Assembly (NCBI GenBank): GCA_902583685.1
Contig: CACHWO010000001.1
Span: 4,833-68,832, forward strand
Reading direction: 5' to 3'
Source of the DNA: an uncultured Pelagibacteraceae bacterium
Lineage (GTDB): Bacteria; Pseudomonadota; Alphaproteobacteria; Pelagibacterales; Pelagibacteraceae
Length of the DNA: 64,000 bases
Shown: positions 17,590 to 27,046 of the stretch, piece by piece
Position numbering within the stretch: position 1 is the stretch's first letter
Layout of the letters: every line of letters begins with the position of its first letter
Program-made: the position numbers and the translations under genes
Notes under the pieces: generated by a model
Databases searched by the model: none
Seen by the model: only the letters and a program-made list of their open reading frames with translations
What the model was told of the DNA's origin: nothing

Positions 17590-19950
17590 ATGAGTTCAGT
17601 ACCAGACCCAAACAAACCAAATTTCTTTGAGAGATTCGATGAAGAAGGTGGTTCTAGAAGAAAATTAAAAAGTTGGAATTTAAAACTCGTAGCAGCAATT
17701 GCAATTTCATGGTCATTATTTCAGCTTTGGTACGCTTCTCCATTACCATTCATATTAGATTTTGGAAAAATAATTGATGTTCCGGCTAGATCATTACATC
17801 TTGCATTTGGATTAGCGTTATGTTTTTTAGCGTATCCAGGTCTAAAGAAAAGCAGAGATAAACCAATATCTATATTTGATACTTTCCTAGTAATTATAAG
17901 TTTAGCAGCAACATTATATATATTCTTTGATTATGAAGGCTTAGTTTATCGCCAAGGAATAATGGCCAAAACAAATTTATTTGGTTTTGCTATACCTTAT
18001 GAAGTTATACTTGGATCTTTAGGAATAATTCTTTTGTTAGAGGCCACACGAAGAGCTATTGGAATTCCATTAGTAGTTATTGCATTAATTTTTTTACTTT
18101 TTTCAGTATTTGGACAATCAATGCCAGATCTAATTTCGCATCAAGGATTATCTTTGACAAGATTAGTGGGTTATCATTGGTTTGGTGGAGAGGCAATATT
18201 TGGGATACCAATAAGTGTCTCAGTCAGTTTTATATTTCTTTTTGTATTATTTGGTGCAATTTTAGATGTTGCCGGAGGAGGAAAATATTTTTTAAATCTT
18301 GCATTTGCTTTAGTTGGAAAAATGAGAGGCGGTCCAGCAAAAGCTGCAATTTTAGCTTCAGGATTAACCGGTTTGATATCTGGTTCGTCTGTTGCAAATA
18401 CTGTAACTACAGGGACATTTACAATACCAATTATGAAAAAAACTGGCTTACCGTCAGTGAAGGCGGGAGCTGTTGAAGTAGCTGCTTCTGTAAACGGACA
18501 GATTATGCCACCAATTATGGGGGCCGCAGCTTTTGTTATGGCAGAACTTTTAGGCATATCATATTTTACTGTTATTACTCATGCGTTTTTACCAGCAGTT
18601 ATTTCTTACATTGCTTTATTTTATATTTCACATTTAGAATCCGTGAAATTAAATATTAAAGGATTACCTGAAAAGGAAATTCCCAAATTAGGAAAAACAT
18701 TTTTAGGAGGAATTCACTTTCTTATCCCAATTTTTATTCTTATTTATTTGCTTTTAGTTGAAAGATGGACAGCTGCTTCATCTGTGTTTTATTCAATATT
18801 ATCATTAATAATAATAATTTTTGCAAAAGAATTATTAGACGCAAAGAAAAATAATCTTACTTTGTCCAATGCACTTAAATTGGGCTTTAACAGAGTTATT
18901 GGTGGCCTTGAAAAAGGAGCAATCAATATGATCAGCGTTGCGATCGCGATAGCAACCGCAGGAATAATAGTCGGTGCAGTAGCTTCAACCGGTTTAAGCA
19001 ACAACTTAATAGTTATTGTAGAAGCAATATCTGGCGGGAATATAATAACTTTATTAATACTTACTGCCTTACTTTGTATTATATTGGGAATGGGTTTACC
19101 AACAACTGCAAATTATTTAGTTGTTGCCGCTTTGATGGCACAAGTAGTTGTGGAGGTAGGAAATGCTTCTGGTTATATTTTTCCACTAATTGCAATTCAT
19201 TTATATGTTTTTTATTATGGATTAATGGCTGATGTAACACCTCCCGTTGGTTTGGCATCTTATGCAGCAGCAGCAATTTCAAGGGCAGACCCAATTAAAA
19301 CAGGGATACAAGCTTTTTGGTATAGTTTAAGAACTGGAATACTTCCAATTGTTTTTATTTTTAATAATGAATTATTATTAATTGGTATAGAGAGTTTGTG
19401 GCATGGATTTTTAGTTGTTACAACCTCTCTAATTGCAATTTTGGTATTCACCTCAGCAACACAGGGATGGTTTATAAATAAACTTAGATGGTATGAAATT
19501 GTTATTTTTATTGTAATAGCTATGTCCTTATTTAGACCAGGATATATTTTGGATAAATTTTCTCCAAAATTTGAAAATAAACAACTCAATGCTGAACAAA
19601 TTAATTTGATTGAGTTTGAACCGAATAGGGATGTACATATTAAAGTAACAAGGAGAACAGAGTACGGTGATCGATATAGACTTTTTGTTATAGATAAAAA
19701 AAGTTTTGAAAATCAGTACTTTTTAGAAGATGTAGGTATAACCTTAAAAAATATCGATGGTAGAATTACAGTTGATAATTTGAAATGGAACGGAATAGCA
19801 AAAAAAATAGGAATGGAAACAGGAGATGTAATTAGTGAATTTAAAATCGAAAACTTAGACAGACCTAATAAAGCAATTATTTATCCATTTTCGTTAATAA
19901 CTCTTTTTATTTTTGGATATTTTAATTATAGAAGAACCAAAACGAATTGA
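17590..19950 (+). CDS. TRAP transporter fused 4TM/12TM permease (TAXI-associated) with extra C-terminal soluble domain
   Basis: 786 aa polytopic membrane ORF located downstream of the TAXI receptor. The last 126 aa or so form a non-membrane domain plus a terminal TM. Confidence 0.8.
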   Translation: MSSVPDPNKPNFFERFDEEGGSRRKLKSWNLKLVAAIAISWSLFQLWYASPLPFILDFGKIIDVPARSLHLAFGLALCFLAYPGLKKSRDKPISIFDTFLVIISLAATLYIFFDYEGLVYRQGIMAKTNLFGFAIPYEVILGSLGIILLLEATRRAIGIPLVVIALIFLLFSVFGQSMPDLISHQGLSLTRLVGYHWFGGEAIFGIPISVSVSFIFLFVLFGAILDVAGGGKYFLNLAFALVGKMRGGPAKAAILASGLTGLISGSSVANTVTTGTFTIPIMKKTGLPSVKAGAVEVAASVNGQIMPPIMGAAAFVMAELLGISYFTVITHAFLPAVISYIALFYISHLESVKLNIKGLPEKEIPKLGKTFLGGIHFLIPIFILIYLLLVERWTAASSVFYSILSLIIIIFAKELLDAKKNNLTLSNALKLGFNRVIGGLEKGAINMISVAIAIATAGIIVGAVASTGLSNNLIVIVEAISGGNIITLLILTALLCIILGMGLPTTANYLVVAALMAQVVVEVGNASGYIFPLIAIHLYVFYYGLMADVTPPVGLASYAAAAISRADPIKTGIQAFWYSLRTGILPIVFIFNNELLLIGIESLWHGFLVVTTSLIAILVFTSATQGWFINKLRWYEIVIFIVIAMSLFRPGYILDKFSPKFENKQLNAEQINLIEFEPNRDVHIKVTRRTEYGDRYRLFVIDKKSFENQYFLEDVGITLKNIDGRITVDNLKWNGIAKKIGMETGDVISEFKIENLDRPNKAIIYPFSLITLFIFGYFNYRRTKTN

Positions 19951-19951
19951 T

Positions 19952-20353
19952 TTATTTATCGACTTTCAAAATTTTCCATACCCCCGAGGTAACAGCTACT
20001 ACTCCTTGCGAATTAATAATCTCGCAGGTTAAGAATACTAAAGTATTAGTTTTCTTTTGAACTTTTACTTTAGCAATAAGTTTGTCGCCTAATTTACCCG
20101 CAGATATAAATTTCATTTCTAAAGAAATTGTTACACATCTTTTATTACCAGCTACTTGATGCGCTGCATTACCCATACCAGTGTCAGCTATAAAAGTAAG
20201 GAACCCACCATGCGCCATACCAGCAGTATTTAGGTGAATTTCCTTTACCTCGGTTTCGTATTTAAAAAGAGCACTATCAATTTTTTTACCCTTAAGTCCC
20301 CCAACATGTTTTGAGTAACCTGAATTAGTTTCATCCATATTTTCTTTTACCAT
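19952..20353 (-). CDS. PaaI-family hotdog-fold thioesterase
   Basis: 133 aa ORF with the GMAHGGFLTFIADTGMGNAA motif. The start could instead be the Met at 20338. Confidence 0.65.
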   Translation of the reverse strand: MVKENMDETNSGYSKHVGGLKGKKIDSALFKYETEVKEIHLNTAGMAHGGFLTFIADTGMGNAAHQVAGNKRCVTISLEMKFISAGKLGDKLIAKVKVQKKTNTLVFLTCEIINSQGVVAVTSGVWKILKVDK

Positions 20354-21227
20354 ACATTGGAGCTAGTTGTGAGAAAATAACTGCTGATAAAATTATTATT
20401 ATTCCAAATATTTTAAATTCATTTAAATATTGATCTAAGACTATCCAAGCTGCAATGGATCCAAAAACACCCTCTAAAGAAAAAATAATAGCGACAGGTG
20501 CAGGGGAAAGATTTTGCTGCCCAAAAACCTGTAACATAAAAGCTATTCCACTTGATAATACTCCCGCATAAATTAATTCGGCAGTCTCCATTGATATAAG
20601 TTTTAGTGAAATAAATTCAAAGGAGAAAGCTGGTATAAAAGAAATTAAAGAAGCACTTAAACATTGAAAAGTTGCAATTGTGATGGGGTAATTAAAAATC
20701 TTTAGAAATTTAGATATAAATACTATGTGAAAGGCCCAAAAAAAAGCACCGACTACAACTAAAGAGTCACCAAATCTCACACGTAGATTTCCAAGTTCGC
20801 TTAAAAACAAACCTCCGACTAAACACATCAAAACTGAAGGCCATACAGAATTATGAATTTTTTTTGAGAAAAGAAAGTAAGCTATTATAGGAACTATCAC
20901 GACATACAAAACTGTAAAAACTGCTGAATTAGCAACATCAGTATACAAAAGAGAAACTTGTTGAAAAATATTTCCACCTGCTAAGAAAAAACCAAGAAAA
21001 AAAAGATAGATAAATATTTTTTCAAAACTTAATTTTGTCTCTTTAATTTTTTTGAATTCAAAAATAAAAAAAAAAGGTAATAAGGTGAAAAATCCTAGCA
21101 ATAATCTGACAGCAGAAAATGTATAAGGTCCTATATAGTCCATACCCATATCCTGAGCAACAAATGCTGTTCCCCAAATTAATGAACAAGAGACTGCACA
21201 AATTAGTGAAAATATTTTTTTATTCAT
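20331..21227 (-). CDS. EamA/DMT superfamily transporter
   Basis: 298 aa ORF with about 10 TM segments and a duplicated EamA architecture. The spacer to the upstream E2 gene is 0 bp. Confidence 0.7.
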   Translation of the reverse strand: MNKKIFSLICAVSCSLIWGTAFVAQDMGMDYIGPYTFSAVRLLLGFFTLLPFFFIFEFKKIKETKLSFEKIFIYLFFLGFFLAGGNIFQQVSLLYTDVANSAVFTVLYVVIVPIIAYFLFSKKIHNSVWPSVLMCLVGGLFLSELGNLRVRFGDSLVVVGAFFWAFHIVFISKFLKIFNYPITIATFQCLSASLISFIPAFSFEFISLKLISMETAELIYAGVLSSGIAFMLQVFGQQNLSPAPVAIIFSLEGVFGSIAAWIVLDQYLNEFKIFGIIIILSAVIFSQLAPMYGKRKYG

Positions 21228-22481
21228 TTAGACAGCTAACTTGAATGCAAAATCTTTACCTAAGCTTTTAGATAAGTGGACACAAAATCTTGCGCCTTCA
21301 GCACCATCTATAACTCTGTGGTCATATGACAAAGAGATTGGTAATATTTTTCTTTCAATAAACTGACCATTTATTTTCTTCACTTTTTCAAATGTTTTTC
21401 CCACCCCTAGTATTGCTACTTCAGGAGGATTTATAATTGGTGTAAAAAAATTACCTCCAATACCTCCAAGACTTGATATTGTCATAGAACCGCCAAAGAA
21501 TTCTTTTTTGTCAATTTTAAGCTCCTTGCATAATTTGCTTACTCTTTTTAGTTCTTCATAAATTTCTTTTAAACCCATTTGATCAACATTTCTCATTTTT
21601 GGAACCATCAAACCATGTGGTGTATCTACTGCAAAACCAATATGATAATATTTTTTAAATATTAATTTGTTATTTACGGTATCTATAGATGAATTAAAAT
21701 TAGGATATTCTTTTAATGCATTAACTACAGCTCTAGTTATAAATGCTAATGGACTTATCCTTATTCTATCACCAGAATAATTATCGATTAAGGTTGTTCT
21801 AAACTGTTCCATTTCAGTTATATCTATCTCATCATGTTGAGTAACATGAGGAATCTCAGTCCAAGACCTAACAAGTTGAGGTCCAGATAATTTTTTCACT
21901 CTGGGAAGATCTTTTTTTTCTACTTCTCCGAATGCTTCGTGAGGATAATCATCCTTGTAAACTTTTTTTTCAACCTTTCCTTCATTAACTGAAACCTGGG
22001 ATCTTACAAATTTTTTTACATCATCTTCGCTAACTCTGCCAGCTCTCTGTGATCCAGGTATCTGAACGATATCAGCACCTAATTCTCTCGCAAATTTTCT
22101 TACCTTTGGACTTGCAGATGATATGCCATCTTTACTCAACTTTTTTACTACAGGGGCTATTTCTTTTGTAGTTTCAGTTACTATTTTCTTTTCAGGAATA
22201 TTTTCTTTTGCCTTAACTGTTTTTTTACTTTCTTCTTTTTTACTAGTAGAGTCTAATGATAATATTTCACTTCCTTCTGAGACTTTGTCACCAACTTTAA
22301 CAATAATCTTATTGATTTTTCCTTCACTAGTTGCAGGAACTTCTACACTTGATTTATCACTTTCTAATGTTATTAAGGGATCATTTTTTTTGATCTGTTG
22401 TCCTGACTTAACTAATACTTCAATCACTTCGACATTTTTAAAATCTCCGATATTTGGAACTAATAATTTTTTTTCAGACAT
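21228..22481 (-). CDS. aceF: pyruvate dehydrogenase E2, dihydrolipoamide acetyltransferase (single lipoyl domain)
   Basis: 417 aa ORF with a lipoyl domain (LESDKSSVEV), a peripheral subunit-binding domain (ASPKVRKFARELG) and a catalytic domain with DHRVIDGA. Confidence 0.85.
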   Translation of the reverse strand: MSEKKLLVPNIGDFKNVEVIEVLVKSGQQIKKNDPLITLESDKSSVEVPATSEGKINKIIVKVGDKVSEGSEILSLDSTSKKEESKKTVKAKENIPEKKIVTETTKEIAPVVKKLSKDGISSASPKVRKFARELGADIVQIPGSQRAGRVSEDDVKKFVRSQVSVNEGKVEKKVYKDDYPHEAFGEVEKKDLPRVKKLSGPQLVRSWTEIPHVTQHDEIDITEMEQFRTTLIDNYSGDRIRISPLAFITRAVVNALKEYPNFNSSIDTVNNKLIFKKYYHIGFAVDTPHGLMVPKMRNVDQMGLKEIYEELKRVSKLCKELKIDKKEFFGGSMTISSLGGIGGNFFTPIINPPEVAILGVGKTFEKVKKINGQFIERKILPISLSYDHRVIDGAEGARFCVHLSKSLGKDFAFKLAV

Positions 22482-22487
22482 TAAGTT

Positions 22488-25400
22488 TTATAATTTTGTT
22501 GGAAATACCTTTTCTTGATCTATATCGTATTCCTTAATCGCTTTTTCTGCATGTTTACTTTCTAGTAATTGCTCTTTTGCCAAAGCGCTTAAAGTGTATG
22601 TAACAATATGTTTTTTATCAACCTCAAAAAATTTTCTTAATTCTTTTCTCGTATCACTTCTTCCAAAACCATCAGTTCCTAATGTGTAAAAAGGTTTGTT
22701 AGTATAAGGTCTAATTTGATCAGCATGGGATCTAATATAGTCGGATGCTGCAAATATAATACCTTCTTGTGAGTCTAAACATTTTTGTACATAACTTTTT
22801 TTAGGCTTCTCTTTTGGATTTAATAAATTTCTTCTTTCAACTTCCATACCATCTTTCTTTAATTCATTAAAACTAGTAGCACTCCAAACATTACAATCTA
22901 TACCGTAATCTTTTGATAAAGTCTTAGCAGCTTTAATGACTTCTCTTAAAATTGATCCTGAGCCGAGCATTTGAACTTTAGCTTTACCTTTTCCTTTATA
23001 GTTTTTAAATAAATACATTCCTTTTAAAATTCCCTGATCTGAACCAGCAGGTTTTTCTGGATGAGTATAATTTTCGTTCATTGCAGTTATATAGTAGTAA
23101 ATATTTTCTTTTTTCTCATGCATTCTTTTTAATCCATCTCTAAAAATAACTGCCATCTCATACGAAAAAGTAGGGTCATAACTTACGCAGTTAGGTATTG
23201 CGGATGCCATGAGAAGACTATGTCCATCTTGGTGTTGTAAACCTTCTCCTGCTAAAGTTGTTTTTCCAGATGTTGCCCCAATCAAAAAACCTCTGGTCTG
23301 AGAGTCTGCAGCAGCCCATGCTAAATCTCCAATTCTTTGAAAACCAAACATTGAATAAAATAAATAAATTGGGACCATTTCTAAATCATGATTAGTGTAA
23401 GAAGTTCCAGCAGCAATCCAAGATGACATTGCCCCGGCCTCTGTAATACCCTCTTGCAAAACTTGACCACTTTTATCTTCTCTGTAAGAACTTAACTGTT
23501 CAGAGTCAACAGGCTCATATTTTTGTCCCTCATGAGCATAGATACCAATTTTTTGAAAAAAACCCTCCATACCAAAAGTTCTAGCTTCATCGGCGATTAT
23601 AGGCACTAATCTTGGTGCAACATTTTTATCTCTGAGTAAATTCGCAAGCATTCTTACAAGAGCCATGGTTGTGGACATTTCTTTTTCACCTGTTGATTTC
23701 ATAAAACTTTCAAATATGTTTTGTGGAGGCGTTTTAACTGGTTTTGCAAAAGTAGTTCTCTCAGGAATATTTCCTCCAAGTTTAAGTCTACAATTTTTCA
23801 AATACTTAATTTCAGGTGAATTTTCAGCAGGTTTATAATATTCAATATTTTTTACCTGTTTATCAGTAAGAGGTACATTAAATCTATCTCTGTAAAATAA
23901 TAAATCTTCCTCATCTAATTTCTTTTGTTGGTGTGTTGTGTTTATGCTTTCACCAGATTTACCCATCCCGTAACCTTTAATTGTTTTAGCTATTATGACT
24001 GTTGGTTTACCTTTGCTACGAACAGCGGCATGATAAGCTGAATAAACCTTGTGTGGATCATGTCCGCCTCTATTTAATTTCCAAATATCAGCATCAGTCA
24101 TATTTGCAACTAATTCCTTTAACTCAGGATATTTACCAAAAAATTTTTCTCTTACGTAGGCTCCACCTTTCGCCTTGAACGCCTGATATTCGCCATCAAC
24201 AGCTTCATTCATTCTTTTGATAAGTAAACCAGTTTTGTCTTTTAATAAAAGCTGATCCCAGTAAGAACCCCAAATGACTTTTATTACATTCCATCCAGCA
24301 CCTCTAAATCTACCTTCAAGTTCCTGAATTATTTTACCATTTCCTCTTACAGGACCGTCTAATCTTTGTAGATTACAATTGATCACAAAAATCAAATTAT
24401 CTAGTTTCTCTCTTGCGGCTAAACCCACAGCACCGAAACTTTCTGGCTCATCCATCTCACCATCTCCTAGGTGACACCATATTTTTCGATCTTGATCTTT
24501 TAGAAGACCTCTGTTTATCATATATTTAGTGAAACGAGCTTGGTAAATAGCCATCATTGGCCCAAGACCCATTGATACAGTTGGGAACTGCCAAAACTTT
24601 GGCATTAACCAAGGGTGCGGATATGAAGACAATCCACCTTTTCCAACTTCCTGTCTAAATTTATCTAATTGTTTTTCTGATATTCTTCCTTCTAAAAACG
24701 CTCTTGCGTACATACCTGGTGCACTATGACCTTGAAAATAAACTAAATCACCACCAAATTTATTGTTTTTTGCTCTCCAAAAATGATTCATACCTACGTC
24801 ATAAAGCGTTGCTGCGGATGCAAAAGTACCTATATGACCACCTAACTCTGGATTTTTTTTATTTGCTTTAACAACCATTGCAGCTGCATTCCACCTTATG
24901 TAGGCTCTAATATTTCTTTCTATATTTTGATCCCCAGGTGACCTGACATCAGCAGTAGATGGTATAGTATTAATATAAGGCGTAGTTCTCGTATCAGGTA
25001 AAATTAATCCTTGAGTGTAAGCTTCATCAATTACTTTTTTTAACAAAAATCCCGCTCGAGATGATCCATCCGTTTTAATAATAGCTTTAAGTGAGTCTAG
25101 CCATTCTTGTGTCTCTGCAGGATCTATATCGTCTTTTGAAATTGGATGAGCATAAATTTTTTGGTTACCATTTTTTAAGCCATTTGATGGTTTTTTTTCT
25201 TCTTTTATATCTTTTTTAATAATTTCTTTTACTTCAGGTTTTATTTCTTTTGGTCCCTCACCATCTAAGATAGCCAAGATACTACCTTCAGATACTCTAT
25301 CTCCAATTTTTACTTTCAATTCAGAAATTTTTCCTTCAAAGGGCGATGGGACTTCAACGCTTGATTTATCACTCTCCAAAGTAACAATTGGATCGTTCTT

Positions 25401-25490
25401 TTTAATTTGGTCTCCTGGTTTTACTAAAACTTCTATAATTTCTACGTCTTTAAAATCACCAATATCTGGTACAGGAATATTCTTTGCCAT
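22488..25490 (-). CDS. aceE: pyruvate dehydrogenase E1 (homodimeric AceE type) fused to an N-terminal lipoyl domain
   Basis: 1000 aa ORF. Residues 1-78 or so form a lipoyl domain (TLESDKSSVEVPSP) and residues 80-115 or so a charged linker. From DIDPAETQEWLDSL onward it is colinear with AceE-type E1, including the GDGEMDEPES ThDP motif. Confidence 0.85.
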   Translation of the reverse strand: MAKNIPVPDIGDFKDVEIIEVLVKPGDQIKKNDPIVTLESDKSSVEVPSPFEGKISELKVKIGDRVSEGSILAILDGEGPKEIKPEVKEIIKKDIKEEKKPSNGLKNGNQKIYAHPISKDDIDPAETQEWLDSLKAIIKTDGSSRAGFLLKKVIDEAYTQGLILPDTRTTPYINTIPSTADVRSPGDQNIERNIRAYIRWNAAAMVVKANKKNPELGGHIGTFASAATLYDVGMNHFWRAKNNKFGGDLVYFQGHSAPGMYARAFLEGRISEKQLDKFRQEVGKGGLSSYPHPWLMPKFWQFPTVSMGLGPMMAIYQARFTKYMINRGLLKDQDRKIWCHLGDGEMDEPESFGAVGLAAREKLDNLIFVINCNLQRLDGPVRGNGKIIQELEGRFRGAGWNVIKVIWGSYWDQLLLKDKTGLLIKRMNEAVDGEYQAFKAKGGAYVREKFFGKYPELKELVANMTDADIWKLNRGGHDPHKVYSAYHAAVRSKGKPTVIIAKTIKGYGMGKSGESINTTHQQKKLDEEDLLFYRDRFNVPLTDKQVKNIEYYKPAENSPEIKYLKNCRLKLGGNIPERTTFAKPVKTPPQNIFESFMKSTGEKEMSTTMALVRMLANLLRDKNVAPRLVPIIADEARTFGMEGFFQKIGIYAHEGQKYEPVDSEQLSSYREDKSGQVLQEGITEAGAMSSWIAAGTSYTNHDLEMVPIYLFYSMFGFQRIGDLAWAAADSQTRGFLIGATSGKTTLAGEGLQHQDGHSLLMASAIPNCVSYDPTFSYEMAVIFRDGLKRMHEKKENIYYYITAMNENYTHPEKPAGSDQGILKGMYLFKNYKGKGKAKVQMLGSGSILREVIKAAKTLSKDYGIDCNVWSATSFNELKKDGMEVERRNLLNPKEKPKKSYVQKCLDSQEGIIFAASDYIRSHADQIRPYTNKPFYTLGTDGFGRSDTRKELRKFFEVDKKHIVTYTLSALAKEQLLESKHAEKAIKEYDIDQEKVFPTKL

Positions 25491-25506
25491 AATTTATTAT
25501 ACACAA

Positions 25507-25575
25507 TTTTTGACACATTTTATCCGCTTTTTTGACACTTCGATTTAGCAATATAAAATATGCAATTTTTGAGAC
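25507..25575. promoter_or_regulatory. three direct copies of TTTTTGA(C/G)AC in the aceE upstream region (candidate operator/promoter elements)
   Basis: TTTTTGACAC occurs at 25507-25516 and 25529-25538. TTTTTGAGAC occurs at 25566-25575. The first copy lies 17 nt from the aceE start codon. Confidence 0.25.
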
Positions 25576-25634
25576 TATTTTTTAAAAAAAAAAGAGCTCA
25601 AGTAGACTCTAACGTGTTGATACAAAAAATTTTA

Positions 25635-25775
25635 CTAAGAAAATACTTGGCTAAAACCAATTAATAGCACAAGTAGGATTATAGCGCCGTAATAATATTG
25701 ATATCCTCTTACAGTGAAGGGCATTTTTTTAATAGCTCTATTTTTTAAATTTTTTCTAGGTTTACTTAGTTTCAT
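25635..25775 (-). CDS. 46-aa small membrane protein candidate, translationally coupled to the thiolase gene
   Basis: Manual translation gives MKLSKPRKNLKNRAIKKMPFTVRGYQYYYGAIILLVLLIGFSQVFS. It has a basic N-terminus and one C-terminal TM. Its ATG overlaps the thiolase TGA (ATGA). Confidence 0.35.
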   Translation of the reverse strand: MKLSKPRKNLKNRAIKKMPFTVRGYQYYYGAIILLVLLIGFSQVFS

Positions 25776-26956
25776 TTTCTTTCAACGCACATTGCTACAC
25801 CCATTCCACCACCTATACAAAGTGTTGCAAGCCCTTTCTTTGAATCTCTTTTAATCATTTCGTGAAGCAGAGTAACAAAAACTCTCGTTCCAGAGGCCCC
25901 AATAGGATGTCCCAAAGCTATTGCGCCTCCATTAACATTTACTTTTTCTAGAGGTAAAGACAACTCTTTTATTACCGCACAGCTTTGTGCTGCAAAAGCT
26001 TCATTAGCTTCAATTAAATCTAACTCTTTTGAGCTCCATCCTGCAATTTTAAGTGCTTTGTTAGATGAAGGTATTGGTCCTGTGCCCATTATTGAGGGAT
26101 CAACCCCACAAGAGGCCCAAGATTTTATTTCAGCGATAGGTTTTATACCTCTTTTTTCTGACTCAGCTTTTGACATTAAAATAACTGCAGCAGCACCATC
26201 ATTAATTCCAGAAGCGTTACCTGCCGTTACTGTACCATCCTTTTGGAAAACTGTCTTAAGTCTTTGTAAAGCCTCTAGCGAAATAGTATCTCTTGGATGC
26301 TCATCTTTTTTAAAAATGGAACTTCCTTTTTTAGATTGAATAGTAAAGGGTATTATCTCTTCGTCAAATTTATTTTCTTTTTGAGCTTTTAAAGCTTTTG
26401 ATTGAGACTCAAAAGCAAACTTATCTTGATCTTTCCTTGTGATTTGAAATTTTTGTGCAACATTTTCTGCAGTATTTCCCATATGATAACCATTGAATGC
26501 ATCCCAAAGCCCGTCTTTAATCATAGAGTCAATTAGTTCTGTATCTCCAAGTTTTTTTCCATTTCTAAGATGTATAACATGAGGAGCCATAGACATACTT
26601 TCCTGCCCCCCAGCAACTACAATCTCCGAATGATTTGATATTATAGATTGAAAACCTGATGCAATAGATCTTAATCCCGATCCACAAACTTGATTTACGA
26701 TGTAAGAGGGGATTTCTTTTGGAATTCCAGACTCTATTGCTGCCTGTCTCGCAGGATTTTGTCCTGCCCCTCCAGTTAAAACTTGACCCATTATCACCTC
26801 ATTAATATCAGAAGTTTTCAAATTTGATTTCTTAATAGCATTTGAAATAACAGCTGAACCCAATTTATAAGCAGGAATATTTTTAAGAGAACCACCTAGC
26901 GAACCAATTGCTGTTCTAACAGCTGATGTAATAACTACTGTTCTTTCTTTATTCAT
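25772..26956 (-). CDS. acetyl-CoA C-acetyltransferase (thiolase II)
   Basis: 394 aa ORF with the active-site pattern NQVCGSGLRS (Cys), a C-terminal NVNGGAIALGHPIGASG and CIGGGMG. Confidence 0.9.
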   Translation of the reverse strand: MNKERTVVITSAVRTAIGSLGGSLKNIPAYKLGSAVISNAIKKSNLKTSDINEVIMGQVLTGGAGQNPARQAAIESGIPKEIPSYIVNQVCGSGLRSIASGFQSIISNHSEIVVAGGQESMSMAPHVIHLRNGKKLGDTELIDSMIKDGLWDAFNGYHMGNTAENVAQKFQITRKDQDKFAFESQSKALKAQKENKFDEEIIPFTIQSKKGSSIFKKDEHPRDTISLEALQRLKTVFQKDGTVTAGNASGINDGAAAVILMSKAESEKRGIKPIAEIKSWASCGVDPSIMGTGPIPSSNKALKIAGWSSKELDLIEANEAFAAQSCAVIKELSLPLEKVNVNGGAIALGHPIGASGTRVFVTLLHEMIKRDSKKGLATLCIGGGMGVAMCVERK

Positions 26957-27046
26957 AATACCTTTTAATTATATTCTTATTCAATGAATGGCAATAAGCA
27001 TAAATAACTTTATTATACCTATTTTCTTTGATATTTTAACCATATG

